Made by a program: the position numbers and the translations under genes
In this document: positions 20,212-28,696 of the stretch, piece after piece
Layout: every line of letters begins with the position of its first letter
How positions within the stretch are numbered: position 1 is the first letter of the stretch
NCBI GenBank assembly: GCA_052279835.1
Contig: CP181291.1
Location: 3,648,001 to 3,712,000 of the forward strand
From: Microcoleus sp.
Lineage (GTDB): Bacteria > Cyanobacteriota > Cyanobacteriia > Cyanobacteriales > Microcoleaceae
Length of the DNA stretch: 64,000 bases
Direction of reading: 5' to 3'
The notes under the pieces: model-generated
The model's database searches: none
Seen by the model: the letters and a program-made list of their open reading frames with translations, nothing else
What the model was told of the DNA's origin: nothing

Positions 20212-20614
20212 GAAAAGCTGAATGTATAGGTGAACGATCGACTGTTATTCCTGATTTCTCATCATATATACAAATATTGTTTTTTTACCACTTTCAAACT
20301 CAGTTCAAATATTTTTTTAGTTCTCGACTCCCGGATTCATTCGATCGCAAACTGATTGACCGGAAACAACCCAAATCCCCATCAGTAGCTGTTCCGGCTG
20401 TTTATGAAAACTTTAAGAAATAGCAGCTATTTTGCCCGATATCTGAAAAATTTTGTAAAGTTTTCGATTTATAGTTGCCAATAAAAGCATTATCTGTATC
20501 CAAACAAAATCCACTCTACATGAAAAACTATCAACCACTATTTTTAAGTAAAATTACATACTTAATTCCACAAATACTCAATGGATAATAGCCGTAATAA
20601 TACTGATACGACAA

Positions 20615-20642
20615 AACCCGGTTTCTGACAGAAACCGGGTTA
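20615..20642. terminator. Hairpin downstream of prlC (AACCCGGTTTCTG-A-CAGAAACCGGGTT), a member of the AGAAACCGGG repeat family
   Basis: Inverted repeat with an A-run on the + strand (U-run on the transcribed - strand); the family also occurs at ~7144-7210 and ~36724-36790. Confidence 0.5.
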
Positions 20643-20672
20643 TTTATCCCCTGTGGGTATGTCCTAAGTGGA

Positions 20673-22781
20673 TTAAGCCGCCACTAAACCGCTATGTCTT
20701 AACAAAGCTTGAGTGCTCGGTTCCCGTCCCCGGAAACTTTTAAACACTTCCATCGGGTGCAAACTGCCACCCAATCCTAATACTGTATCGCGGAAGCGTT
20801 TGCCTGTAGAGGCGATCGCCATTTCATCCTCCAAACCCGCTTCCTCAAAGGCCGCAAAAGCATCAGCACTAAGCACTTCCGCCCATTTATAACTGTAATA
20901 ACCCGCTGCATAGCCACCAGCAAAAATGTGTCCGAAAGCGCACAAAAATGCGTCTTCTTCCAGAGGAGGTAAAACAGTAGTAGTTTTAGCAATCCGGTTG
21001 CGGACATCAATCACAGTTTCGTTACCTCCCGGCTGGTAGCGGTGGTGCAATTCGATATCAACACTGCTAAAATGTACTTGTCTGAGCATGGCACTACCAC
21101 TCATGTAATGCCGCGCTGCTAACAGCTTTTGGTAATAATGTTCCGGCAAAGTTTCCCCAGTTTCATAATGCTTTGCCATCCCGAACAACGTAGCGCGATC
21201 GTAACACCAATTTTCCATAAATTGACTGGGCAACTCCACAGCATCCCACTCAACATTATTAATGCCAGATGCTCCCGCATAATCGACCTTGGTCAACATA
21301 TGCTGCAAACCATGACCGAATTCGTGGAACAAAGTTTCTACTTCCAAGAAAGTCATTAAACTCGGTTTACCATCCACCGGCGGACTTTGGTTGCAAACCA
21401 AATATGCCACAGGTAAGCGCGTCTTGGTAACACCCGTTTCCACAAATTTAGCCCGGACCACGCACTCGTTCATCCAAGCACCGCCACGCTTTTCTTCCGG
21501 GCGATTGTAGGCATCTAAATAGAAATAGGCGATCGCCTTTCCTGATTCATCATTTATTTGGAAATAACGCACATCTTTGTTCCACACAGGAGCTTGACCG
21601 TCCGCAGCAATTACTGTCACGCCGAACAGTCGTTTGACTAATCCAAATAACCCCTCCAATACCTGTGGCAAAGCAAAATAAGGACGTAATTCTTCAGCAC
21701 TAAAAGCAAACATTTCTTCCCGTCGCCGTTCCGACCAAAAAGTGACATCCCAGTGCTTCAATTTCCCAGATTCCGGTGCGCCCTTTGCCTTCGCAAAAGC
21801 CTGTAATTCTTCTAAATCTTTAACCGCAGCATTGTAACTAGAGAGGCGCAATTCTTCTAATAAAGCTTCCACTGCTGCAACGTTGGGAGCCATTTTGCTC
21901 GCCAAACTCAATTCTGCATAACTACTGAAACCCAGCAAAGCAGCTTGTTCCTGGCGTAGTGCTAAAATGCGATCGGTCAAGGGCCAGTTATTCAATTCCC
22001 CACTAGAAGCGCGGCTAATAAAAGCTTTGTACAATTTTTCCCGCAAATCAGCGCGGGTGCTGTGCTGCATGAAAGGGCCGTAACTGGGAAAGTCTAAGGT
22101 AATGCGCCAAGGGCCATTTTCAGCATCAGCATTTTCTGCGCCGGCGCTGCGAGCAACTTGGGCTGCTAAACTCAACAAACTCGGAGGCAAACCATCAATT
22201 TCATCTTTGTTGGTGAGAGTGAGACTAAAGGCTTTGGTAGCGTCTAGAACGTGATTGGAAAATAGAGTAGTAGCTTCTGCTAATTCTAATTGAATGGCAT
22301 TAAAACGCTCTTTTTTTTCACCTTCTAAACCGACACCAGAGAGTTCGGCATCTCGGATAGCAGCTTCTACAATTCGCTGTTGAGCAGACTCTAGGCTATC
22401 CCAATTTTCGCTGGCCCGCAGTGCTTTAAAAGCTTCGTAAAGAGGCTTACTTTGACTGAGCTTGCTCCAAAATTTTACTACTTCTGGCTGTACAGTTTCG
22501 TGAGCCGATCGCAATTCCGGGCTATTTTTCACCCCCATCAAATGTCCGACAATGCCCCAAGTCCAATTTAAACGCTCTCCGAGTTCCTGTAGAGGTTCTA
22601 CTAGGCCACTCCAAGTGGGCTTGACAGAGACTTCTAAAGCAGTCAGTTCTGCTTCTAGTTGAGGCAGCAAGTGGGCGATCGCAGGGACAATGTGTTCGGG
22701 CGCGATCGCTTCAAAAGGAGGCAATCCTTTGCCAATTAGTAACGGATTCTCATTCTCAATCATTGTAACGGTTGCAGTCAT
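20673..22781 (-). CDS. prlC: Oligopeptidase A (peptidase M3)
   Basis: FHEFGHGLQH, EWDAVELPSQFMENW, GYAAGYYSYKWAEV. Confidence 0.95.
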   Translation of the reverse strand: MTATVTMIENENPLLIGKGLPPFEAIAPEHIVPAIAHLLPQLEAELTALEVSVKPTWSGLVEPLQELGERLNWTWGIVGHLMGVKNSPELRSAHETVQPEVVKFWSKLSQSKPLYEAFKALRASENWDSLESAQQRIVEAAIRDAELSGVGLEGEKKERFNAIQLELAEATTLFSNHVLDATKAFSLTLTNKDEIDGLPPSLLSLAAQVARSAGAENADAENGPWRITLDFPSYGPFMQHSTRADLREKLYKAFISRASSGELNNWPLTDRILALRQEQAALLGFSSYAELSLASKMAPNVAAVEALLEELRLSSYNAAVKDLEELQAFAKAKGAPESGKLKHWDVTFWSERRREEMFAFSAEELRPYFALPQVLEGLFGLVKRLFGVTVIAADGQAPVWNKDVRYFQINDESGKAIAYFYLDAYNRPEEKRGGAWMNECVVRAKFVETGVTKTRLPVAYLVCNQSPPVDGKPSLMTFLEVETLFHEFGHGLQHMLTKVDYAGASGINNVEWDAVELPSQFMENWCYDRATLFGMAKHYETGETLPEHYYQKLLAARHYMSGSAMLRQVHFSSVDIELHHRYQPGGNETVIDVRNRIAKTTTVLPPLEEDAFLCAFGHIFAGGYAAGYYSYKWAEVLSADAFAAFEEAGLEDEMAIASTGKRFRDTVLGLGGSLHPMEVFKSFRGREPSTQALLRHSGLVAA

Positions 22782-22954
22782 TTAATTTTCTGGTAACAGG
22801 TTGAAAAAAAGTCAGCTAGATAGATTAGCTTTTCATTGTTTAACACAAATAGCATAATCCTGTATTCATCTCTCTGGGATATCCCTCTGCGTTCTCTGCG
22901 TCCTCTGCGGTTAAATCATTCCCATCCAACCGGAAACGACACTACTAACTTTTA

Positions 22955-23818
22955 CTAAGTATTCTGCAACTGCTTCACCACAGAAATTAACCGCTTGAGG
23001 TGTGGTTTAACAACCTCTTGATGTTCCTGTTCCAAGTTATCGATTTGAGCCTTAAAACTAGACAAATCCCCCGATTGTTGTGCTTGAGCCTGCACCTGGC
23101 TTTGGAGATTGGCAATTACTTTCTGGATTTCTAAAAATCGAGTATTGACTCCTTCCCAGTCATCTTGGGTGATGGAAGTTTCTCCCAATAGTTGAGTCAC
23201 GCTTTGCAGTTCCTCAATCGCCTGTTCAACTGCTTCGAGATTTGTCGGTGATCCCACGGATAAATCTTGGAGTTGTTCTCTCACCTGGTGGCGGACATCT
23301 AGGACAGCGGAGGCGACAATTTCCTGCAAAGAAGCTACCGACTGTCCCAAGCTCAGCAACTGCTGCTCAATATTGATGGAATCCTCAAAACTTTCGGGCC
23401 GTGGTAGTGCAGACATTTGCTGGCGGAGTGATTCTATATCTGCGGACAACTGATTACGGACTTTGAGAATTACCGTCGCCGCAGTTTTCTCGACTTTGTT
23501 TACAGACTTTTGCACTGTCGCAATTTCCGAGTTTTGATAAAGCCGCACCTGCTGCTCAAATCGATAACGGTTGGCAACATTCAGCGACAAAGCTAAAGTT
23601 AGGGGTGCCACACCGTAAAAAGCTTGACCCGACAGGGCCACGGCTAGGGAACCGACACCAGAGGCTGCGAGGGAGGCGTATTCTGCCAACTCCAGCCAGT
23701 GTCTTTGAGGGGCTGTTTGTCTCAACTGCTTAGAGGCTGAGGGGTTTGGCTGCCGCAGGACTCTTTGGGTCATAGTATCTTCTCGTTGTTGGTAAGGTTG
23801 CGAGATTGGGTGGAGCAT
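22955..23818 (-). CDS. Hypothetical protein with an N-terminal hydrophobic hairpin and a coiled coil
   Basis: 287-aa ORF; hydrophobic SLAASGVGSLAVALSG...PLTLALSLNVANR followed by Q/E/L-rich heptads. Confidence 0.65.
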   Translation of the reverse strand: MLHPISQPYQQREDTMTQRVLRQPNPSASKQLRQTAPQRHWLELAEYASLAASGVGSLAVALSGQAFYGVAPLTLALSLNVANRYRFEQQVRLYQNSEIATVQKSVNKVEKTAATVILKVRNQLSADIESLRQQMSALPRPESFEDSINIEQQLLSLGQSVASLQEIVASAVLDVRHQVREQLQDLSVGSPTNLEAVEQAIEELQSVTQLLGETSITQDDWEGVNTRFLEIQKVIANLQSQVQAQAQQSGDLSSFKAQIDNLEQEHQEVVKPHLKRLISVVKQLQNT

Positions 23819-24043
23819 CGATGGTTATCCTTTTTAAAACTATATTTCTTAGATTATTTCCTGCCACTCTTAATATTTTTACCTGAGCGAGTCAGTTAAG
23901 GATGGCTGGCATATTATGATATGTCTAGTGTATTTAGCGGTTTGTGGCGATCGGTCAGAACGCGCCCCTATTTTACAGGATTTTGCGCGTAAGTCCTAGT
24001 CAACATCCATTGCCAGTCCCAAATTTATGGTAATAATTGACCG

Positions 24044-24178
24044 ATGAACTCAGAAAAACCCGGAATTGGCGATCGACTCCAGTCTATTTTCACTATCACA
24101 ATCTTTGTGATTCTTGTATTAGGAGTAGGTTTTTTAAGCGTTAATTTTATTTTAGCTCTTTATGCAAAATTTTCTTAA
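24044..24178 (+). CDS. Small 44-aa single-pass membrane protein (not in the ORF track)
   Basis: MNSEKPGIGDRLQSIFTITIFVILVLGVGFLSVNFILALYAKFS*. Confidence 0.5.
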   Translation: MNSEKPGIGDRLQSIFTITIFVILVLGVGFLSVNFILALYAKFS

Positions 24179-24331
24179 ACCAGATTAGATACCGCAGAAA
24201 CCAGATTTTTGGCGCGAATATTTCCTGACAGCCACAGATGCAATAAAAAAACCAGTTGCTTTAATCGGAGTCTGTAAGTCCTGCTTACAGCCATGCCCTA
24301 GGGGAGGTGAATTCTTGCTTCGGCTATAATT

Positions 24332-24766
24332 TCAACTATAAAGATTATGGTTTGGGTCTAGCCAGACAATATAAAAAACATTTTCACTAAAAAAGCCATG
24401 CACCCGGCCGTATTCATTCGCAGAAATTTGAAACTGGTAGGGAACATTAATTAGGATATCTTCATTGGGAATCCCAAAGCCATTAGGTTCTGTAGTCTCT
24501 TTCCAAGCTATGCCATGACAACGCAGACTTTTACTCTGATTATTGATAACCTCTTGAGCATTCAATTGTGACAAATCGCGCAGCCGTCTCAATAGAGATG
24601 CTAGATACTTAGCATCTCTACCGCTTATAGAGAACTTATCTTTATCATCCTGATAGTACCTAAAGGAAAAACTAATTCCTTCCGGTATTTTTACATCTAG
24701 ACGATTGATGCTAGATAAAGATGGCTGGCGGCGTATATCTGCTTTTTTAATTTTCTTCGATGACAC
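24332..24766 (-). CDS. Putative toxin partner of a Panacea antitoxin (RelE-like RNase candidate)
   Basis: Overlaps the upstream antitoxin by 20 nt; C-terminal GRVHGFF...FYIVWLDPNHNLY. Confidence 0.55.
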   Translation of the reverse strand: MSSKKIKKADIRRQPSLSSINRLDVKIPEGISFSFRYYQDDKDKFSISGRDAKYLASLLRRLRDLSQLNAQEVINNQSKSLRCHGIAWKETTEPNGFGIPNEDILINVPYQFQISANEYGRVHGFFSENVFYIVWLDPNHNLYS

Positions 24767-25223
24767 GGGTTTTGTAAAATTCTCTCATTAATTCTTTGGT
24801 AATAATAGCATGAGAAGGTTCATCTTTTGGCAAATTGCCTCTAGCCTTAATCCAAGGGTCTTCACGGCGCACCATCAACTCTAACTCATAAGCATCCAGG
24901 AAGAAATACTCGTTGGATAACTCGTCTAAAAACTCTTGTACTTCTTCGGGAAACTCTGGTTTTTCGACTTCTTTGAGAATGGGCTTCCAGTCAAATTGTT
25001 CTTTGTATTCGTAAAATAAAGCCGGGATAGTCGGTCCGTGTACCCACGCTTCAAAATCTTCATCAAACAGCGGTGTATCCTCAAATGCTAAATACCATGC
25101 TTGGGCGTAGTACAATAGTTTTTGTAGCTTGTGGTTGCTGAGGTAGGAGCCGACATCATTGGCGAACCAGATGTAGTAATCAGCGAGTTTAGAGGCTGTT
25201 GTGACTGTAGTTATTGTGGTCAT
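24747..25223 (-). CDS. Panacea (DUF4065/SocA-like) antitoxin
   Basis: LSNHKLQKLLYYAQAW, FEAWVHGP, EDPW motifs. Confidence 0.85.
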   Translation of the reverse strand: MTTITTVTTASKLADYYIWFANDVGSYLSNHKLQKLLYYAQAWYLAFEDTPLFDEDFEAWVHGPTIPALFYEYKEQFDWKPILKEVEKPEFPEEVQEFLDELSNEYFFLDAYELELMVRREDPWIKARGNLPKDEPSHAIITKELMREFYKTRVIEEN

Positions 25224-25371
25224 ATAACTCGACTCAATATGTTTTTTATTTTATGATAGCACAGTCATCGTCATTTAGGATTGGGCGGTTTAAACCGCTT
25301 CTAGATAAACAAAGTCTGCCTCCGCAGACTAAGAAATTAAAAGACTGATTGAGAATGGTGCAATATCTCAG

Positions 25372-26742
25372 TTAGAATCCTTTGATATACTGCTTCAGTA
25401 CAGGTGACAAAGTGTAAAGATTTTCCTGTTTTTCAATCAAGCAGCGTCGCGATAGAGATTGCAAGGCGTTGAGCAAATCTGATGATGATATTTGTCTGTT
25501 TTGGAGCAATTTGGCGAAGCTGACTGGCTGGTTTTCTGTCGCCAACAATGACAGGACTTGTTTTTCTAGTTCGGAAGTGCGATCGTACTGCTCATCTAAA
25601 ACATCTTTCAAATCTTCCGGTAACAATATGGTATCATCTAGTAATAACTCAGTCACGCTGATTCCTAGCTCTTGAATCAAAGTCGCCACGCTTTTTAACC
25701 AGAAGGGATTACCTTGGTAGCGGTGAATGAGTGCTTCGCAGTTATCGATTTCTGCTAATCCTTTATCTCTGAGGATTTCCCGTGCGGCTGCGGTGTCTAA
25801 ACCAGTGAGTTGTAAGGTACGAATGGGAGTATTTTCGCTTGTGAGTTGAGGAACTTCTTTCGGTGGTTCCCAACCGACTAGCAGAAAGCAACTTTGATGG
25901 GATAATTTTTCTATCTGTTTGAATAAAGAGCGATATTCTTCGTATTTTGGTTTATATTTTCCCGCCAATTCGCCGCTACAGAAAAGGTTGTGAACGTCAT
26001 CTAAGACTACTAAGCATCGATGGTTTTGTAAATATTTAATCAGCGGTAAGCGTTTCTGGTTGGTTGGGGATGAATCTAGGTTTTCTGAGTGGGAAAACAA
26101 CTGTGTTAGGTTGGATTGGAATTTATCTATGGTGGGGAATTCGTCTAGGGTGTACCAAACTGCGTACTCAAACTCGTTTTTGATTTGTTGTACGAGTTGG
26201 ACTGCTAGGGATGTTTTGCCGATGCCACTGATGCCGGTGAGGGTGATGAGGCGGCAGTTTTGTTGTAGAATCCATGTTGTGAGGGTTTGGAGTTCGAGGG
26301 TGCGATCGAAGAAATTACCCAACTCCGGCATTTCGCTTAAATCTTGATGTAGAGTTTTGGTTTGTTTTGAGTTAGATGTTTCCTGATTTGGTGGGTGTGA
26401 GTTGGGTATATCTGGTGGGTGTCTACCTTCTCCACAGATATTGAAACTACCGCTCACGTTATGTGCAAAGTTTAAAACATTAGAGTTTTGCAACCTCTCT
26501 ATTGCCGATCGCAAATTTGATTTACTAACATCTTCTCCTAACTCTTCTGAAAGTATTTCCCATAATTCGGCGCCCACTTTCCGAACGCTACTTTCGGAAC
26601 AGTCAAAGTCTTTGGCTATGTGCTTGTATGTCTCGTGTTGTAGAGTGCCTTGGACTACCGCTGCTTGTAAATCGTCAAGGTGTTGACCCGTTTTCTCGAA
26701 GACTATGCGATCGGCAAGTTTTAAGGCTTCTTTCAGGTTCAT
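25372..26742 (-). CDS. HTH + NB-ARC (STAND) ATPase lacking C-terminal sensor repeats
   Basis: Start MNLKEALKLAD (26742); HTH TYKHIAKDFDCSESSVRKVGAELW; Walker A GISGIGKT; Walker B LVVLDDV; GNP motif; paralog of 46507-48129. Confidence 0.85.
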   Translation of the reverse strand: MNLKEALKLADRIVFEKTGQHLDDLQAAVVQGTLQHETYKHIAKDFDCSESSVRKVGAELWEILSEELGEDVSKSNLRSAIERLQNSNVLNFAHNVSGSFNICGEGRHPPDIPNSHPPNQETSNSKQTKTLHQDLSEMPELGNFFDRTLELQTLTTWILQQNCRLITLTGISGIGKTSLAVQLVQQIKNEFEYAVWYTLDEFPTIDKFQSNLTQLFSHSENLDSSPTNQKRLPLIKYLQNHRCLVVLDDVHNLFCSGELAGKYKPKYEEYRSLFKQIEKLSHQSCFLLVGWEPPKEVPQLTSENTPIRTLQLTGLDTAAAREILRDKGLAEIDNCEALIHRYQGNPFWLKSVATLIQELGISVTELLLDDTILLPEDLKDVLDEQYDRTSELEKQVLSLLATENQPVSFAKLLQNRQISSSDLLNALQSLSRRCLIEKQENLYTLSPVLKQYIKGF

Positions 26743-26769
26743 TGGGGCTGGGAGAGGTAATTTTTTTGT

Positions 26770-26822
26770 ATTATAGCTCACATGTAAGAACAGTTTAATA
26801 CATTTTTCCACATTTTTGTACA
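26770..26822 (-). promoter_or_regulatory. -10 box preceded by five TGT triplets at exact 10-bp spacing
   Basis: Minus strand TGT-ACAAAAA-TGT-GGAAAAA-TGT-ATTAAAC-TGT-TCTTACA-TGT-GAGC-TATAAT (ACA on + at 26780, 26790, 26800, 26810, 26820). Confidence 0.6.
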
Positions 26823-26884
26823 AAAGTAGATTAAAAAGATTGAAAGGGGTGAAAAGTATGTCACAAAATTGAACATTTTTGGGC

Positions 26885-26913
26885 TAGACAAATCTTATAT
26901 TTCTAAATAAGAT
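26885..26913 (+). promoter_or_regulatory. Sigma70-type promoter candidate for the peptide operon
   Basis: TAGACA-17 nt-TAAGAT, about 100 nt upstream of ATG 27017. Confidence 0.45.
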
Positions 26914-27016
26914 AATAAGCATCGAATCTGCGGTGTAATTAAGAGTTATGCTGCTTCAGTTATTGGTGTAACTACACTCGTAGATTCTTCAGTGTGAACT
27001 TAAGGATACCCCAAAA

Positions 27017-27157
27017 ATGAAAAATAATCTCACAACTTGCAGCAAGCAAGTAAAGGATGTAAAAGTTATCAAAATCTTGGTTGAGACTTACCCCAGTGTT
27101 CAACCGAAGTTTACAAAATTGAATTGGAGTAGTGGGGAGGGTGATGATAACGCCTAA
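27017..27157 (+). CDS. Putative precursor peptide A1 (46 aa; not in the ORF track)
   Basis: MKNNLTTCSKQVKDVKVIKILVETYPSVQPKFTKLNWSSGEGDDNA*; AAGGA RBS upstream; paralog of A2. Confidence 0.8.
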   Translation: MKNNLTTCSKQVKDVKVIKILVETYPSVQPKFTKLNWSSGEGDDNA

Positions 27158-27199
27158 TCTGGTTTGAGGTCGGATTCATCAATGTTATCAGGTGTTTGT

Positions 27200-27340
27200 A
27201 TGAAATCTAAGTCGAAACAACAGAAAAATGTTCAATCAGTCGTGATTGGCGTTGAGCCTTACCGAGTTGCCCATCCAAAATTTACAAAGCAAACGTGGGA
27301 AAGCGGTGAGAATGGAGGAGAGGGCGCAGAATCAGGTTAG
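27200..27340 (+). CDS. Putative precursor peptide A2 (46 aa; not in the ORF track)
   Basis: MKSKSKQQKNVQSVVIGVEPYRVAHPKFTKQTWESGENGGEGAESG*; AGGTG RBS; 17/32 ungapped identities with A1. Confidence 0.8.
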   Translation: MKSKSKQQKNVQSVVIGVEPYRVAHPKFTKQTWESGENGGEGAESG

Positions 27341-27461
27341 TAGCTTCAGCAGCATCTAACGGATGAACTAATTCAGCCAAGTTCAGACATTAGTAATTCC
27401 AACTTGGTTGAATTTACCTCTTTTATCAGTTTATTCAAAATCCATTTTGAGACTATGTACT

Positions 27462-28637
27462 GTGGGAAGAATTCTTTCAGAAATTTTAAATCCAATTACC
27501 ATTGAAGAGTTTAGAGAAGCTTATTATACAAAGCAATCTATTTTAATCAAAAGCGAGGGCAAAAAGTTTGATTGGCTATTTGGCTGGTCTTCTTTGAACC
27601 AGATACTGAATCAGTCTTTTTTCCCCCACCCTACGATGAAACTTGTTTTAGAGGGCAGACCAATCAACGATATATCAGAAAAGTCGAAGATTGTGGATTG
27701 GTGTCGGAAAGGTGCTACAGTAATCATCGACCAACTACAGAACTATGACTCGCAAGTTAGAATAGCTATTGATTCACTATCCAAAGAAATTGGGGAGCCT
27801 GTTAACGCTAACCTCTACTTCTCTCAACCTGGTCGTCAAGCATTCAACGTACACTACGATCATCATGATGTGATTATTCTTCAGATTGAAGGTCACAAAA
27901 GGTGGCAAGTATACGAAGACTCAGAAGATACAAAGTTTCCACTATTTGTACAAAAGAGTCATAGCTCTGACATACCTGATGCTCCTATCATAGATTGTCT
28001 TTTATCGCCCGGAGATGTTCTATACATCCCAAGAGGTCATTGGCACGCTGCAACTGCACAGGATGAACAGTCGCTTCATGTGACTATTGGTATAGATGCA
28101 AGAACAGGGATAGATTTTGTGACATGGTTCACCAATGAATTGCGCGATGATGTTTTTTTTCGTCAATGTTTCCCTCTAGTTTTTAAACCAGAAATTGATG
28201 ATGACAAATACTACCATAGTATCCACTTTGAACATTTTAATCAATTAAGACATCTCTTAATAAAAAAGCTGCAACAGGATTGTATTTTTGATGATTATGC
28301 AAGGTACTGTTTAGCTACATCAAAATCATTTGAACCGTTCTATTTTCCCTGGTCTACTGATATGAATAAGGTGGCTTTGTCCAAGTCATCTTCATTTCGA
28401 CGATATGAAAATCAGCGGTTTTTTTTGGAGTCAGATGAAGAGCAAGTCATAACGAGTTTGACAATTCAAGAAAAATGTCACCGTTTTAGTGGTGAGGCAG
28501 AACCTCTTCTTAAATTCATATTCAACCGGATAGAATTCAGTTTTCAAGAATGTCTTCAAGTCTCGGAGCTTTCTGAAGATAATGTTGCTACCATATTGAA
28601 ACATTTGTTAAGTGAAGCATTGATAAAAATTGTTTGA
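27462..28637 (+). CDS. JmjC/cupin-4 (YcfD/ROXA/NO66-like) 2OG-Fe(II) oxygenase with a C-terminal winged-helix-like domain
   Basis: FNVHYDHHDVIILQIEGHKRW and LSPGDVLYIPRGHWH. GTG 27462 preferred over TTG 27408; start uncertain. Confidence 0.85.
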   Translation: MGRILSEILNPITIEEFREAYYTKQSILIKSEGKKFDWLFGWSSLNQILNQSFFPHPTMKLVLEGRPINDISEKSKIVDWCRKGATVIIDQLQNYDSQVRIAIDSLSKEIGEPVNANLYFSQPGRQAFNVHYDHHDVIILQIEGHKRWQVYEDSEDTKFPLFVQKSHSSDIPDAPIIDCLLSPGDVLYIPRGHWHAATAQDEQSLHVTIGIDARTGIDFVTWFTNELRDDVFFRQCFPLVFKPEIDDDKYYHSIHFEHFNQLRHLLIKKLQQDCIFDDYARYCLATSKSFEPFYFPWSTDMNKVALSKSSSFRRYENQRFFLESDEEQVITSLTIQEKCHRFSGEAEPLLKFIFNRIEFSFQECLQVSELSEDNVATILKHLLSEALIKIV

Positions 28638-28696
28638 ATGCATCACGATAGATTGTATCGCTCAGATTATCTTGGTCTACTCTCAAGAGGTTAAGT

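Noticed and set aside
26743..26823. N-terminal extension of the NB-ARC ORF in the ORF track
   Set aside because: The paralog aligns from MNLKEAL (26742), and the extension covers the -10 box and TGT array.
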